The position numbers and the translations under genes were made by a program. The notes under the pieces are model-generated. The model was not told where the DNA came from. It saw only the letters and a list, made by a program, of their open reading frames with translations, and made no database searches. This document shows positions 63,801 through 64,000 of a stretch of 64,000 nucleotides of DNA, piece by piece. The number at the start of each line of letters is the position of its first letter. The stretch's first letter is position 1. The DNA is from Mobula hypostoma (taxonomy: Eukaryota), in NCBI RefSeq assembly GCF_963921235.1, contig NC_086097.1, positions 168,146,001-168,210,000 on the forward strand, given 5' to 3'.

Positions 63801-64000
63801 GCAAATGACCTAGCCAGTAACTCACCCTTCCCTATTTTGGTAACAGTCATTTTACCCTGATCAATCAATACTGGAATATTTTTATCCCTATAAAGCCCAC
63901 CCTTTCCCCCCATTTTCTTTTTCATTCCCCAAATATCTCAAAGTTTTAATATCTTTTCAAAGTATCACAATATGATTTCCAGGAAACTTTTTCCCACTTT
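60810..64000 (-). mobile_element. I/Nimb-clade LINE (RT + RNase H), decayed, running off the window; Rex1/Babar tail inserted at ~62808..63215
   Basis: ENGTLQGS..SPLILNIMINDI and QYADD (RT); IFTDGSK, VHTAELAAI and VVICSDSFS (RNase H); YISLIRSVLDY. Confidence 0.82.

Noticed and set aside
60158..64000. IMPA2 terminal exon (expected GP.DLM..RV.AA)
   Set aside because: No matching sequence found; the region is filled with PLE and LINE relics, so the exon is presumably downstream of the window.

Overview
Repeat-rich vertebrate genomic DNA. The CR1, Rex1/Babar, Penelope and V-SINE-like content suggests a cartilaginous fish; this is inference. One host gene is present on the + strand: inositol monophosphatase 2 (IMPA2), coding exons 1-7 (22621..60157, 742 nt, one open frame, all GT-AG); the last exon is not in the window. 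An almost perfect ~11.1-kb tandem duplication (1505..12572 / 12655..23713) doubles the IMPA2 CpG-rich promoter and exon 1. Its junction holds an 82-nt insertion copied from the opposite strand, and both breakpoints sit on hairpins derived from Penelope-like elements (PLEs). These ~150-250-bp fold-back elements carry minimal hammerhead-ribozyme motifs and 13-15-bp target-site duplications (TSDs). Intron 1 holds a young 4.8-kb Gmr1-like Gypsy element with one open 934-aa ORF (intact Gag/SCAN/CCHC/protease, decayed integrase and RT), nested in a PLE. The rest is decayed CR1, Rex1/Babar, RTE, I/Nimb LINE and SINE fragments. All alignments were done by eye; repeat family names and the edges of old repeats are approximate.
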